A DNA stretch of 64,000 nt from Naegleria gruberi (taxonomy: Eukaryota): the NCBI GenBank assembly GCA_000004985.1, contig GG738865.1; one strand, given 5' to 3'. Under the pieces are notes generated by a model. That model did not search any database, was not told where the DNA came from, and worked only from the letters and a program-made list of their open reading frames with translations. Positions 35,813 through 47,458 of this stretch are shown here, piece by piece (position 1 is the stretch's first letter; each line of letters starts with the position of its first letter). Position numbers and translations under genes: made by a program.

Positions 35813-37122
35813 ATGAATAGTCGGGGGATAAAATCGAGCGGACTAGTAGGGAATGGTTCTACTTCTGCTCTTGTATTATTAATTATCAATGTGATGATGC
35901 TGATAGTAGCGATGAATAATTTCCTAATAATGACGGAAGCAAAATTTGAATTGATTGGACATAGAGGAGCTCCAAATTTGAGACCTGAACATACGTATGA
36001 ATCCTATTTATTGGCTTTTCAACAAGATGCTGATTATATTGAATTTGATGTAATGCCATCTAAAGATGGAGTCCTTATGGTGACTCATAGTTTTGAATTA
36101 ACTGGTAGGTACCTGATTGAAAATCTTTGAGTGTGCTAACTGTTTCTTCTATAGAAATTAGTAATGTTGCCTCTGTGAGCAAATTTTCGGATAGAAAGAA
36201 AACTAAAGTTGTCGATAAGAAATCATATTCTGGATGGTTTATTGAGGATTTTACTGCTTCTGAATTACAGGAATTGAGATTGAGAGAAAGATATCCACAA
36301 GCTAGAACTACCAAGTTTGATGACATCTTTGTCATGCCAACTCTTGAAACAGCACTTGACTATATAATTGCTATTACTCCAAATAATTCTTCTAAAATCA
36401 AGCTCTATATCGAAACAAAGCATCCAACATATTTTGCATCTGCTTTGAATGTCGATGTTAACCAATTGCTTGTTAATGTTTTGGAGAAGTACCATTATCT
36501 TGAATATACCATGTTCCAATCATTTGAAATTTCAAGTATGACTAGTATTCGTACAATTTTGTCCAACAAGAATATTCAACCATTGGGATATGTGATGCTT
36601 TTAGTGGCTAATGGTTCTCAAATTGATAATGGAAGAAATTTTGATGAGTACCTGACTGAGGAAGGTATTGATACAGCAAAGAGTGCTGGTATCACTGGTT
36701 TCGGACCAGCTTGGAAGATGGTTACTAAACCATGGGTTGAATCAGTTCACAAGAGAAATTTAATCATTCACCCATATACTTACAGACCTGAGGAATACTT
36801 TTTGAAACAAACCCCATATACCACCTTCTCTGATTTTATTAAGAGTGCTTTGGAACTTGGTGTTGATGGAGTTTTCACTGAGGACATTGATCAAACCAGA
36901 GCCATTGTTCTTGCCTATGAATCCAATTCAGTTGTGACTGTCTTGCTAATCGTTGCCTTTGTATTCGTTGGAGTTTTATTCATTGTCATTGCTGCCTCTG
37001 TTTTATCAGCTTACCTTTGCAAGAGAAAGACCAATCCATCATCATCAGCCACCCAAAACAGAGAAGAACGTGCAGGTCTTGCCCAACAATCCAATTCCTA
37101 TTCATATAATCAAGATGAATAA
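35813..37122 (+). CDS. glycerophosphodiester phosphodiesterase (GDPD family), membrane-anchored; 2 exons
   Basis: Exons are 35813..36104 and 36155..37122. The intron 36105..36154 (50 nt, GTAGGT...CTAAC...TATAG) joins track ORFs 35813..36130 and 36127..37122. N-terminal signal anchor. GDPD catalytic block ELIGHRGAPNLRPEHTYESYLLAFQQDADYIEFDV. C-terminal TM VVTVLLIVAFVFVGVLFIVIAASVL plus a short tail. 419 aa. Confidence 0.85.
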
Positions 37123-37439
37123 TTATTACCACTACTTTATAAATCTCACACAATAGATTTATCATCTTTTCAATTATAATGGATTCCAAGATTGACCTTT
37201 GATGTTTCAACTTGCTCCTCGAATTGGTTTGGGAACGCCCATTCATAATTAGGCGCCAAAAACATTAAGACCTCAATAAACGCCTCTCCTACTATTTTAC
37301 TTGTTTGAAAAAACAAAACACTCATCATCTTCCATCCTCCGAACACTACCAATATACTCTGTGTTTTGTTCAATAACTTGGATTTTCCATTATTATTATT
37401 AATACAAATAATTAAATAATTTAATATAGTAGCTTAATC

Positions 37440-38057
37440 ATGCCAACACCATCACCAAAAACCAAAACTACGGAATATGAACCTCTCATCTATAGAATTG
37501 TTGCCTTCCTTCAGGTAATTCTGAGTTTGTTCTTCAACTTGACCTTAATTTGCTTAATTCCGTTCATGATTGTTGCCAATCACAGAACCAATCAGACCAA
37601 TACAGAACAATTAGTAGTCTTGGGTATATGTTTAATCATTTTAACGCTCATGTCCATGGCAAAGAATGTGGGCACAGCTTTGGCTTCATGGAAAGGAACC
37701 TTCATGGCCATTCAGGAAGGATTACAGAATCACATTACTCAACAAAATCTCAGAACGAAACGATTTGCCATGATTGGCTGTGGATGTGCCATTGCTCACA
37801 TGATACTTGGCCTCATTCTTTCCTATTTAGGAACTGTCTTTATTGTCATGCTTGTGGATAATTTGGATGATAGAGAATTCGATTGGGGAGTTGATAGTTT
37901 GGAATTTGATAATCCTTTTGCTTTTGTTGTGGCCATTGTCCATTTAATTTTCAATATTGCCGCATTTGGAGTATCAGTGTGGAATCTCATTTTGGTAACT
38001 CGTGAAATTGCCCACTATCACAATGTCAAACCAAGTGGTGAAGAAGAATCCCATTAA
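37440..38057 (+). CDS. hypothetical small polytopic membrane protein (~4 TM)
   Basis: 205 aa with four hydrophobic helices. No recognisable family. Confidence 0.45.
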   Translation: MPTPSPKTKTTEYEPLIYRIVAFLQVILSLFFNLTLICLIPFMIVANHRTNQTNTEQLVVLGICLIILTLMSMAKNVGTALASWKGTFMAIQEGLQNHITQQNLRTKRFAMIGCGCAIAHMILGLILSYLGTVFIVMLVDNLDDREFDWGVDSLEFDNPFAFVVAIVHLIFNIAAFGVSVWNLILVTREIAHYHNVKPSGEEESH

Positions 38058-38163
38058 ATAATTCTTAATCTCTTTCCTTTCACTTATTTTCTTATAACTT
38101 TATTGTAAACTCAAAGTGCAATTGCATCAAAGCATGCAAAAACGAAATTAAATAAAGAAAAAA

Positions 38164-39201
38164 ATGTTACATGAAGAAATACCACCTGTTACATCATCTC
38201 TGGAAAATCACAACAATTCATCCCGAATGTTATCCATGATGAAAAATTGTAAACTCACTCCCGAATTGATCTGTGAAGAATTTGAAGGTTTATTGCAACC
38301 TGAGAGAATTTTAAATGTCTACGTGTATGGAAGTAGATTGTATGGTAAATCGGCCGATAATGATTATTATACTATCAATCAAGATTCGGATTTTGATATC
38401 ATGCTTGTTTATGATTTTGATAATTTTCAGGCACCACAAAAGTTGACTTTCCTTTCGAATCAGAAGGAGAATAGAAATTCAGAGTTTTTCCAATTGGAAA
38501 TTCCTCTGTGGATGAAGAGAAGAGAGAGTTTAATTGAAAATAGTGTGGAAAATTCGAATAATGCATCAGAAAATCTCAACGAGATTGAGAAATTCACACC
38601 ACACATGGAGAGGCAAACACTTGAGAATGGTGAAATTATTTACAATTTCAAACAGAAACAATTTGGAGTGGATATGTGCATTTATACAAGAGAGCAATTT
38701 TTGAATCAATTGAAGAAACATCAATTTTCTGAATTGTTGGGTTTGTTTTTGGAGAGAAGCGATGAAGATTATCACAGTTTTATATTGAAAAAGACAGTTG
38801 ACTTTTCTGAAGAGTTTGAAAAGAGTGGAGTTGGAATTCAGTTGAGTAAATTGAGAGCTTCGCTTAGTCAATCAGCGTCTATGGTGTGGAAATGTTGTAG
38901 ATCCATGATGGAACACAGATTGGATTTAGATCCTCCAGAAGTAGAAGTATTCAAAGGCAAAAAGACACTTATTCACACTCTCAGAGTTTATCACTATGGA
39001 ATTCAAATTGCCAAGTTTGGAAAGATTGTGGATTGGCATGAATGTGACAAGTATTATGATGCAATATTCAAACATCCAGAAAAGTACAATTCCTTTAGAG
39101 AATTATCTCAACAATTCAACAAGATTAGACTTGCCTTACATGATGAATTTAGAAATCTTTGTCCAAAAGATGAGACACTAGCAGAGAATGATGAGGAATA
39201 A
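38164..39201 (+). CDS. candidate nucleotidyltransferase-fold protein (Pol-beta-like NTase core; possible Mab21/cGAS-like)
   Basis: 345 aa. YVYGSRLYGKSADNDYYTINQDSDFDIMLVYDF contains GS-x-x-x-G...D-x-D and a [DE]FD[IV]M[FL] block, resembling the GS...[DE]h[DE]h NTase signature (cGAS has EFDVMF). The C-terminal part is helical. Motif-level evidence only. Confidence 0.45.
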   Translation: MLHEEIPPVTSSLENHNNSSRMLSMMKNCKLTPELICEEFEGLLQPERILNVYVYGSRLYGKSADNDYYTINQDSDFDIMLVYDFDNFQAPQKLTFLSNQKENRNSEFFQLEIPLWMKRRESLIENSVENSNNASENLNEIEKFTPHMERQTLENGEIIYNFKQKQFGVDMCIYTREQFLNQLKKHQFSELLGLFLERSDEDYHSFILKKTVDFSEEFEKSGVGIQLSKLRASLSQSASMVWKCCRSMMEHRLDLDPPEVEVFKGKKTLIHTLRVYHYGIQIAKFGKIVDWHECDKYYDAIFKHPEKYNSFRELSQQFNKIRLALHDEFRNLCPKDETLAENDEE

Positions 39202-39293
39202 ATTTTGTACAAATATATTATTGAGAAATTTAGCTAAAATTCGAGTTGTGAGAACGAATGAAACCTAGGATTGTTAAAGAATACTATTGATCA

Positions 39294-40591
39294 TTATTCT
39301 TCAGCAGTTTCGAGTTTTTGAATCAACTTTTCCAGAGTTTCCTTCTTCTTTGTGATTGCTTTTACAATGGCAGTTGTGTCATTTGGATCCAAAGCATCAG
39401 CAAGTTTCTTTTCCAATTCTTCAATTTCATTTGATTCTCTGTCCGCTATTGATTCAATTTCTTCCATACTGGCACGATTAATATCGTCATCTGTGAGGAA
39501 ACTTGTTGAAGCAAGATGTTTGCGAAGTTCTTCAGAAATTTGTTGAACTGGTTCAACAACTGCTGCAATTGGTTGAACAGCAGGTACTGATGATTCAACA
39601 ACACTTGTAGCTGTTGGTTGAGTAGTGATAGGAGTAGGTTCTGGTTGCTTCTTTGATTTTCTCTGTTGTTGAGATTGTTATTAAATCATGAAAATGGGAA
39701 TTTGATACTTACACCTCTCTTCTTCTTGGCAGGAGTACCATTTTGTGATTGTGAACTAGTGGCAACAGTGCTAGTAGTTGTGGATTTACTTGGAGTATTT
39801 GGTGGAGTTTCAATAATTACCGAATCAGATGAAACAGTTGTTGCTTTAGGTGAGTGAGCAATAGAATCAGCAACCATTGTGGATGATGACCTCTTCTTTC
39901 CTCGTCCTCTTCCTCTTCCAGAACTGCCTCTCTTTGATTCTTTAGTTTGTTGAGTTGAAATATGTTCCACATTTGATGATGATGAGTGTACTGCATGTTT
40001 AACACGATGATGTACATAATTATCATTTTCACTTTCAGTTTCACTTGCAAGAGAAAAGTCAAATTGATTATTTTTATCCTCAATTTCTCTTTCAATTCTA
40101 TTGAAAAAGATGATGTTAACAAAAAGTCTAATCAGATAAAAAGACATACATATTATAAACTCCAGATTGTGCAACTTGTTGAATTTTAACATCCACTTCA
40201 GAACGAAGTAATTCTGTTGAATGTCTACTCGTGGAAATGTGTAACATTTGTTGAAGTTGGGTAAGAACTTTTAACTTTTCCCAAGTAATTTCACCTTGTG
40301 CACGGAATGCACTAACCACACTACTGTATGCAGTTGTTTCTATTCAATAATGCACGTAAATATCATCCATACTTGTATCCAATAATACCTACCATATTGT
40401 CTTAAACGTTTAACGAGTTGTTTTTCAGATGACGTTATCAGAGAATCCGTATCAATCATCATGTTATCACTTCCATTTGTTGATTGTTGTTGGCTTAGAT
40501 TTGTTGTGTGATCGGTGACCAAATTATTCGATGCTGATGACGATGAAGCAGTGTTATTCACGCCCGACAACGCTTCTTGTTGTTGGCTCAT
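39294..40591 (-). CDS. ENT (EMSY N-terminal)-domain protein; 4 exons, ~380 aa
   Basis: Exons on the minus strand are 40591..40393, 40339..40150, 40097..39713 and 39662..39294. Introns are 53, 52 and 50 nt (GTAGGT/GTATGT/GTAAGT donors, AG acceptors). The spliced ENT domain ...KQLVKRLRQYETTAYSSVVSAFRAQGEITWEKLKVLTQLQQMLHISTSRHSTELLRSEV matches EMSY ...LELEAYSSVISALRAQGDLTKEKK...LSISTERH.... Ser/Thr-rich middle with RGRGRGKKR. C-terminal coiled-coil. Confidence 0.7.
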
Positions 40592-40762
40592 TTTTTTCAA
40601 TAATTTATTTTTAAAAATTTAAAATTGAAAAAGTTTTCTTTTTTGTAACCGTTACGTGCACTCCCAAACTCAAATACTTATTCAAATTATTCAAAGAAAC
40701 ACTGTAAATATCTATAGAGAGATGAGCAAAATTGTTATTGTTATTATTTGTTGTTAAGTTTT

Positions 40763-42556
40763 TTACATTCTAAAGACACCGAATTGAGTTGGACTTTCAA
40801 TCTTTCCATTTTCACAAGCACTCAAACTCAAACCAAGAATTCTTCTTGTGTCACGTGGATCAATGACACCATCATCCCACAATCTGGCAGATGAGAAGTA
40901 TGGGTGACCTTCATGTTCATACTTGGCTCTAATACCATTCTTGAATTCTTCCATTTCTTGTTCTGGAACTTCCTTACCTAATCTCTTCATACCTTCAACC
41001 TTAACTTGGGAAAGGACGCCAGCAGCTTGTTCACCACCCATGACAGAGATTCTAGAATTTGGCCACATGTACAAGAATCTTGGATTGTAAGCTCTACCAC
41101 ACATACCATAGTTACCAGCACCGAAACTACCACCGAGGAGGACAGTAATCTTTGGAACCTTAGCACAAGCAACAGCCATGACCATCTTGGCACCATCCTT
41201 AGCAATACCATTGGTTTCGTATTGTTTACCAACCATGAAACCAGTAATATTTTGAAGGAACAAGAGTGGAATACCTCTTTGAGAACACAATTCAACAAAG
41301 TGAGCTCCCTTTTGAGCAGATGATGAGAACAAGATACCATTGTTAGCAATAATACCAACTGGCTTACCATAAATCTTGGCAAAACCTGTCACCAATGTAG
41401 TTCCGTATAATTGTTTGAATTCATCAAATCTACTTCCATCGACAATACGAGCAATAATATCTCTGACATCGAATGGTTTTCTACCATCACGTGGAATGAT
41501 ACCTAAAATTTCATCTGGATTATATTTTGGTTCTTCAAAAGATGTTGGAACTTCATTTCTATTACTATTATTCTTTCCCAAAAAGTCAGTCTTTTTCATA
41601 TTGAGATTTGAAATAATTCTTCTTGTCAAATAAATAGCTTCAGTTTCATCATTGGCATAGTAATCAGTGACACCACTTTGTCTACAGTGAACATCAGCAC
41701 CACCCAATTCTTCATCAGTAACTTCTTCACCAGTAGCAGCCTTAACTAATGGTGGACCACCCAAATAAATAGTACCATTACCCTTTACAATAATACTTTC
41801 ATCAGCCATTGCAGGAACATAGGCACCACCTGCAGTACATTTACCCATAACTACAGCAATTTGTGGAATACCTTGAGCACTCATATTGGCTTGATTGTAG
41901 AAAATTCTACCAAAGTGAAGTTTGTCAGGGAAAACATCAGCTTGATGTTCCAAGTTGGCACCACCACTGTCAGCAATGTAAATACATGGCAAGTTATTTT
42001 GTTCAGCAATTTCTTGGGCTCTCAAATGTTTCTTTACAGTGATTGGATAATATGTACCTCCTTTAACAGTTGCATCGTTAGCAACAATTACACACAATTG
42101 ATCGTGAATTTTACCAATACCTGTAATAATACCACCAGCAGGTACTTCATCCTTTCCGTACAATTCATAACCAGCCAATTGACTGAATTCGAGGAAAGGA
42201 GATCCATCATCCAACATTCTATTAATACGATCTCTAACCAAGAGCTTGTTTCTTGAAGTGTGCATCTTTCTATACTTTTCTCCACCTCCCAACTTGATCT
42301 TTTCAACCAAATTCTTCAAATCATTAACTCCTTGAATATTGTGAGTATAATTTGCCTTGTATTCGGCATCATGATGAATATTATTTTCAAGAATATTATG
42401 AGTATTTTCAGCACTTGTAATACTATGATAAAATCTATTATTATTTGATGAAGATCCAGCAGCTAATTGTTTGGCCAAAGAACCACCAACCAAACCAGAA
42501 CGTTGTTGTTGGTTGAGAAGAATGCTAGAAATTTTCTTGGTTGAATTTTTAAGCAT
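40763..42556 (-). CDS. MCCC2: 3-methylcrotonyl-CoA carboxylase beta subunit (carboxyltransferase), mitochondrial
   Basis: 597 aa with an N-terminal presequence-like region. Carboxyltransferase N and C domains ([62 protein letters not shown]). Confidence 0.9.
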   Translation of the reverse strand: MLKNSTKKISSILLNQQQRSGLVGGSLAKQLAAGSSSNNNRFYHSITSAENTHNILENNIHHDAEYKANYTHNIQGVNDLKNLVEKIKLGGGEKYRKMHTSRNKLLVRDRINRMLDDGSPFLEFSQLAGYELYGKDEVPAGGIITGIGKIHDQLCVIVANDATVKGGTYYPITVKKHLRAQEIAEQNNLPCIYIADSGGANLEHQADVFPDKLHFGRIFYNQANMSAQGIPQIAVVMGKCTAGGAYVPAMADESIIVKGNGTIYLGGPPLVKAATGEEVTDEELGGADVHCRQSGVTDYYANDETEAIYLTRRIISNLNMKKTDFLGKNNSNRNEVPTSFEEPKYNPDEILGIIPRDGRKPFDVRDIIARIVDGSRFDEFKQLYGTTLVTGFAKIYGKPVGIIANNGILFSSSAQKGAHFVELCSQRGIPLLFLQNITGFMVGKQYETNGIAKDGAKMVMAVACAKVPKITVLLGGSFGAGNYGMCGRAYNPRFLYMWPNSRISVMGGEQAAGVLSQVKVEGMKRLGKEVPEQEMEEFKNGIRAKYEHEGHPYFSSARLWDDGVIDPRDTRRILGLSLSACENGKIESPTQFGVFRM

Positions 42557-43096
42557 TTTTTTGTTTGTGTTTTTTATTGCAAACTCTGGCTCATATCTTC
42601 ATTGCGCTCCATACTCTTTAGCAAATCATCTACACAAGCATTTGCTTACTTGAGCATAGAATGCAAGCACATACGGACTTCCAAACTTTTCCTTGGTCCA
42701 TTGTTTTTTGAAAAAGTCAGTCCATTGGTCACGGATTGAAATATTGAATGTTGTTGTGTTTGTTACAAGGGAAAAATTCATTTTGATTGAATGGAAAGTT
42801 TTGAGATGGATGGAATTGTGACAATCTTGATGAAAACAAGTGATAATTATCGACTAATAACAACATTGAAAGTTTAACCAATGATGACCAATACATTTAT
42901 GATCATAGATCAACTTGAATGAAACACTTTCCACTATTTTGATTTGATTCAAATCTTCTCAATCTCCTAATCACCGAAACCGCACACACAATAAGAGCAG
43001 AAAAAACAATAGAACAACAACAGTATCCAGAAGAACCCCACAACTCTTCTTGTTTTAATCGAGTGCTCGGAAATCAATAGAGGACAAGTAACAACA
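42557..43096. promoter_or_regulatory. 540-bp divergent intergenic region between MCC-beta (minus) and the helical-repeat gene (plus); presumed bidirectional promoter
   Basis: No ORF or RNA gene is recognisable in it. Confidence 0.3.
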
Positions 43097-45193
43097 ATGA
43101 ATAGACGATCATCTTCTAATTGCTTTATCAATTATTTGCTGATGAATAGTCATCATCATGGCACTACAAGTACAATAAGGAGAACAATGATGAGGAGTTT
43201 AATGAATAATAATAGTGGATTGACAACAACAAAAACAACATTAATTAATAATAATAACCGAGGAGGACATTTGAATATATTGTCATCATCATCAGTATCT
43301 GTTAATAATAATAATAATAGGAGAGAATTTAAAACAAATTATTGGACACAAAGTAAACAGGAAAATGGGAATATTGTTGATCATTCATTGGTCGAAGCCT
43401 TGATTACTTTCGAAAGTTCGAGAAAAAGTGTAAATGATAATTTATCAATTCTTTGTAATCAGAGTGACATTACTGAAGAGAGATTGACATCAATATTAAA
43501 TCAAAAGATTATTGAAAAGTTAGATCCATCAACAATATTTACAATGATGCAATTCTATGCCAAGAAGGGAAATGCTCCAAAAGTTAAGGAATTATATAGA
43601 CACATCAAGAATCCAAATGAGGAATCAAAAAAGCAACTTGTTAAATTGTTGGCTTTGGCTGGTTCTAGATTGAAAACAAAAACAAATCCAGAATCAATCA
43701 CACCAAAGGTGGCAAAGAATTTAATGAAAACAATGCCTTCAAATATCAATGTAGCTCATAAGAGAAGTATTTCTGAGCTTAAAGAGGTAGAGGATGCCTT
43801 GAAAAAGAAAAAAGACAGTGTATCATATACACACAGTGTTGTAATTGAAGCATTCTCAATTAGAGGTAACATGAAACAAGCTGAAACTTATTTTGAAAAT
43901 ATTCAACATGTGAATACTGAAGTTTTAAATTCAATGATTGATGGTTGGATTAGAACTTTGACCAAGAGTGATAAATCTCTCATTGAAGGCCAATCTGAAA
44001 ACACAAGTGAAGAATCATTTAATTTTGTAAAGGGCAGAGTGAATTATTATTTTGATTTATTTGACTTGTACAAGATCAAGAGAGATGTGAGAACCTATGC
44101 CTATTTTCTCAGATTTAAATTTATTGAAGCTCTTTTCGTGGATCCTAAAGATCCAGATGTAAATTCAATTGTAGATTTAATAGAGAGTATGATAAGCAAG
44201 GATAAAATTTCACCAGACAATTATTTCGTCTCGACATTCCTTGCCAGACTGAATACCATACACTCCAAAGCCAAAGTGAAAAAGCTTTACAGTACCTATA
44301 AGAAACACCTCCTCAAAGTTAAAGTCACAAATGCCAATAATTTAGCCATCCTCACCACACTTGCCAACTCGAAATGTATTCCAGAAGCTCTTTCATTGTT
44401 TGAACACTTGAAAAAGTCACTTCCAACAAATGAAAAGACCACTGCTTATGAAATTATGATTTCCATGTTCTTGGAGAGTGATGACGAGGCAGCTATTGTG
44501 TTAATTGATGACATGATTCAAAAGAAAGTACCTAGATCCTCTAAAACTTACTACTCTGTTCTCAACTACTTTTCACAACAAGGCAATCACAAGGCAGTGT
44601 CCAAATATTTCCAACTCTTACAGGTTGAGGGGGTTTCGTTGACTCCAGAAATTCTCAAAGTATCCCTAAAGAGTTTAGCTTTAACGAGAAGTAAGAAACA
44701 AGTAATGGACATTCTCAAGAGAGCAGAAACTGAGAATTATCTCACTGAGGAAAGTTGTTCTTCATTTATTGGAACTTATGGACTTTTGGAAGAATTGGAA
44801 GAAGCTGAAAGAGTTTTCAATCTTTTCAAAGATACAAACATGCTGGATATTTACAATGAAATGTTATGTACATATGTTAATCACTCATGTGTTGGTGATG
44901 CCATCACTCTCTATTTGGATTATCCAATGAAGGGTGATATTTTCACGTATGAAACTCTTGTTGGAGCTTTGGGTATTTCAAAAGAGTATTCTGCCATTTT
45001 ACAAATTCACAAAATCATGATCAAGCTTGGTATTCGACCAACTTTTAAATATTATGATCAACTCATTGATATTCTCACCAAGGAACCAGTAACGGATCCA
45101 GAAGTTAAATCCTTCCTCCAATCTCTCCCAGATGAAATGTCTCAATTCAACATTGGACAAATTGAACAATTAATCATGAGACTTTTGTTTTAA
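43097..45193 (+). CDS. hypothetical helical-repeat protein (PPR/TPR-like), probably mitochondrial
   Basis: 698 aa. The N-terminus is basic and hydroxylated with no acidic residues (presequence-like), followed by an Asn-rich tract. The rest is predicted all-alpha with repeating ~35-aa helical-hairpin-like units. Confidence 0.5.
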   Translation: MNRRSSSNCFINYLLMNSHHHGTTSTIRRTMMRSLMNNNSGLTTTKTTLINNNNRGGHLNILSSSSVSVNNNNNRREFKTNYWTQSKQENGNIVDHSLVEALITFESSRKSVNDNLSILCNQSDITEERLTSILNQKIIEKLDPSTIFTMMQFYAKKGNAPKVKELYRHIKNPNEESKKQLVKLLALAGSRLKTKTNPESITPKVAKNLMKTMPSNINVAHKRSISELKEVEDALKKKKDSVSYTHSVVIEAFSIRGNMKQAETYFENIQHVNTEVLNSMIDGWIRTLTKSDKSLIEGQSENTSEESFNFVKGRVNYYFDLFDLYKIKRDVRTYAYFLRFKFIEALFVDPKDPDVNSIVDLIESMISKDKISPDNYFVSTFLARLNTIHSKAKVKKLYSTYKKHLLKVKVTNANNLAILTTLANSKCIPEALSLFEHLKKSLPTNEKTTAYEIMISMFLESDDEAAIVLIDDMIQKKVPRSSKTYYSVLNYFSQQGNHKAVSKYFQLLQVEGVSLTPEILKVSLKSLALTRSKKQVMDILKRAETENYLTEESCSSFIGTYGLLEELEEAERVFNLFKDTNMLDIYNEMLCTYVNHSCVGDAITLYLDYPMKGDIFTYETLVGALGISKEYSAILQIHKIMIKLGIRPTFKYYDQLIDILTKEPVTDPEVKSFLQSLPDEMSQFNIGQIEQLIMRLLF

Positions 45194-45409
45194 AGTATTA
45201 AAGTAAATAGTTTATTATTGATTAATAGTGATTACTAATAGGTGCTAGGTGCTAATATTCAAGGTTATTAAGAATTTAAGAGAAATGCCCCCTTTGTGGG
45301 GAACAAGATTTTTTGTTATTAGCCGTGTGCTGGTTTTTCAAACACATTTTCGCGCCAATTTTCTGACCGTTACCATTATTAAAATACTCCAAAAAAATAA
45401 CAACAAGGT

Positions 45410-47455
45410 ATGCCTCCACCTCCTCCTTCAACATCTTCATCATCAACACCAAGAGGAAAGGCAATGCGATCTGCTTTTCTACCACCCGAAACCCCATTAT
45501 CAACCAAAATTAGAAAACCAATCAGGGCCACTCCTTCTTCTTCAACTTCCTCATCGACCAATGGCACTAAGCTACAAGAACAAGAACAGCTACAAGACCA
45601 ATGTATTAAAGTGTACATTAGAATTCGTCCGAACGATGATCATGACCAATTACAAATTGAATTTCTCAACAATTCTTCAATTCAAGTCACGTGTAAAAAT
45701 CAAGAAAAGGCAGATACACCAAAAGTATTCCTATTTGATCAGGTTTTGGATGAAAATGTTTCTCAGCAACAAGTTTTTGATTTGATTGGTGTTCCAGTTG
45801 TTGAAGAACTTCTTCAGGGGTTCAATGCTTCCATTTTAGGTTATGGACATACAGGATCTGGTAAAACATTTACAATGGGAACTAATCTTCATGAGATTGC
45901 AGATTCCTTTGAGAGTGGCAATTTGCCTGCTGCTTGTGGTTTATTGCCACGAATTGTTGAAAGGTTGCTAAACAGGAAGAAAGTGGACGAACAATTAAGC
46001 TGCTCCTTATTTGAAATTTATAATGGAGGAGTTTATGATTTATTTGGAGAGGCCAGCAAAAAGTGTAAGGTCAAGTATTCAAACGGTGTGGATGTTGTGA
46101 CCAATGCTAAAAAGAAGCTTATTCATTCACTGTCTGATCTTTCTTCCATTTCGTCTGGTTTAAAAAGGAGACATCAAAGTGCAACTGGACAAAATCTATC
46201 CTCATCAAGATCACACTGCATCTTTAGATTGTTTATCACAACTGCAGACAATACTGAAAGATGCCTAAACATGGTTGACTTGGCTGGATCTGAACGTCAA
46301 AAAACTGCCAACATTCACGCTGATAAAATGTTACTAGATGAAGCAAATTACATTAATACTTCATTGACAGTTTTGAAAAGATGCATTGAAGCAGTCTATA
46401 ATAATCAATCCAATACTGATAAGAAGACACTAGTTCCATACAGGGAAGATAATCTTGCCTTATTGTTGCATTCAACTTTGGAAGGAAATTCAAAAACTTT
46501 CTTTATTGGAAATATTGGAACTGCAAGTGAATCGATATCAACTTTGAATTATGCACAAACGGCAAGAAAGATTAAAAAGATGACTAGCAAGTTGAGTTCA
46601 ATGTTGAAGAAGAAATCAGGAGGATTGTTTGAAGAGGAAATTGAAAAGTTAAAGAAAGAGTTGGAAGAAACTAAGGGTAAATTGGATGAGGAAAGAGATA
46701 GCAAGACCAAACATATTGAAGAACTCTCACAGAAAATTGCATTATTAGAAACTAAACAACAGGAAGCTAATGAAATTCTCAAACAATCGAATACCATTAT
46801 AGAAGAGATGCAAATCAGAGACGATTCTCTGAAAGAAATTTGCTCAGAAAAAGAAGAAATTATTTCAAATCTCTTTGAAGAATTGTCAAAAGCCAGAAAA
46901 GAAAGCGAGCTCTTGGAGAAGGACAATTCAACATTGAAGAGTGAAAATTCAATTCTTTTGGAAGCAATTGAAAATCAATGTGAAATCATTAGACAACGAG
47001 ATAAGGAACATGATTCAGCTTTCCAAAATTTGAAAGAGCAACTAGACGAATATCAAAAACAGTCATCCTCAAAGACTCTTACAATTCAAACTCTGCGAGA
47101 TGAATTGAAAAAAAAGGACAAAATCATACAGAGAAAATCTTCAACTACTGCAGAACAACTTTATCAGACCATTGAAAATTTACTTAAAACAATTGAAGAT
47201 CAAAAGAAGACAATTCACATGTTTTTGAATGGAACGATGGAAGTTGTGGATATTGATAAGGAAGAAGCTCATGATGGTAATTCATGTGATAGTGATGATG
47301 ATGATGAGAAGGTGATGTCTGATTCTCCAGTTGTGAAATCAAACAAACGAAAGGTAATTTCTCCACTCCAAAATATTGTCTATGAATCAACAGATGAAAA
47401 TAATGAACCAGAATGTAAATATTCAAAATCTGATTTATTAGAATATTTAAAATAA
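45410..47455 (+). CDS. kinesin-like protein (N-terminal motor + coiled-coil stalk)
   Basis: 681 aa. P-loop GYGHTGSGKTFTM, switch motifs SSRSH and LVDLAGSER, neck, then a long coiled-coil (LKKELEETKGKLDEE...). The N-terminus is Ser/Pro-rich. Confidence 0.85.
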   Translation: MPPPPPSTSSSSTPRGKAMRSAFLPPETPLSTKIRKPIRATPSSSTSSSTNGTKLQEQEQLQDQCIKVYIRIRPNDDHDQLQIEFLNNSSIQVTCKNQEKADTPKVFLFDQVLDENVSQQQVFDLIGVPVVEELLQGFNASILGYGHTGSGKTFTMGTNLHEIADSFESGNLPAACGLLPRIVERLLNRKKVDEQLSCSLFEIYNGGVYDLFGEASKKCKVKYSNGVDVVTNAKKKLIHSLSDLSSISSGLKRRHQSATGQNLSSSRSHCIFRLFITTADNTERCLNMVDLAGSERQKTANIHADKMLLDEANYINTSLTVLKRCIEAVYNNQSNTDKKTLVPYREDNLALLLHSTLEGNSKTFFIGNIGTASESISTLNYAQTARKIKKMTSKLSSMLKKKSGGLFEEEIEKLKKELEETKGKLDEERDSKTKHIEELSQKIALLETKQQEANEILKQSNTIIEEMQIRDDSLKEICSEKEEIISNLFEELSKARKESELLEKDNSTLKSENSILLEAIENQCEIIRQRDKEHDSAFQNLKEQLDEYQKQSSSKTLTIQTLRDELKKKDKIIQRKSSTTAEQLYQTIENLLKTIEDQKKTIHMFLNGTMEVVDIDKEEAHDGNSCDSDDDDEKVMSDSPVVKSNKRKVISPLQNIVYESTDENNEPECKYSKSDLLEYLK

Positions 47456-47458
47456 AAA

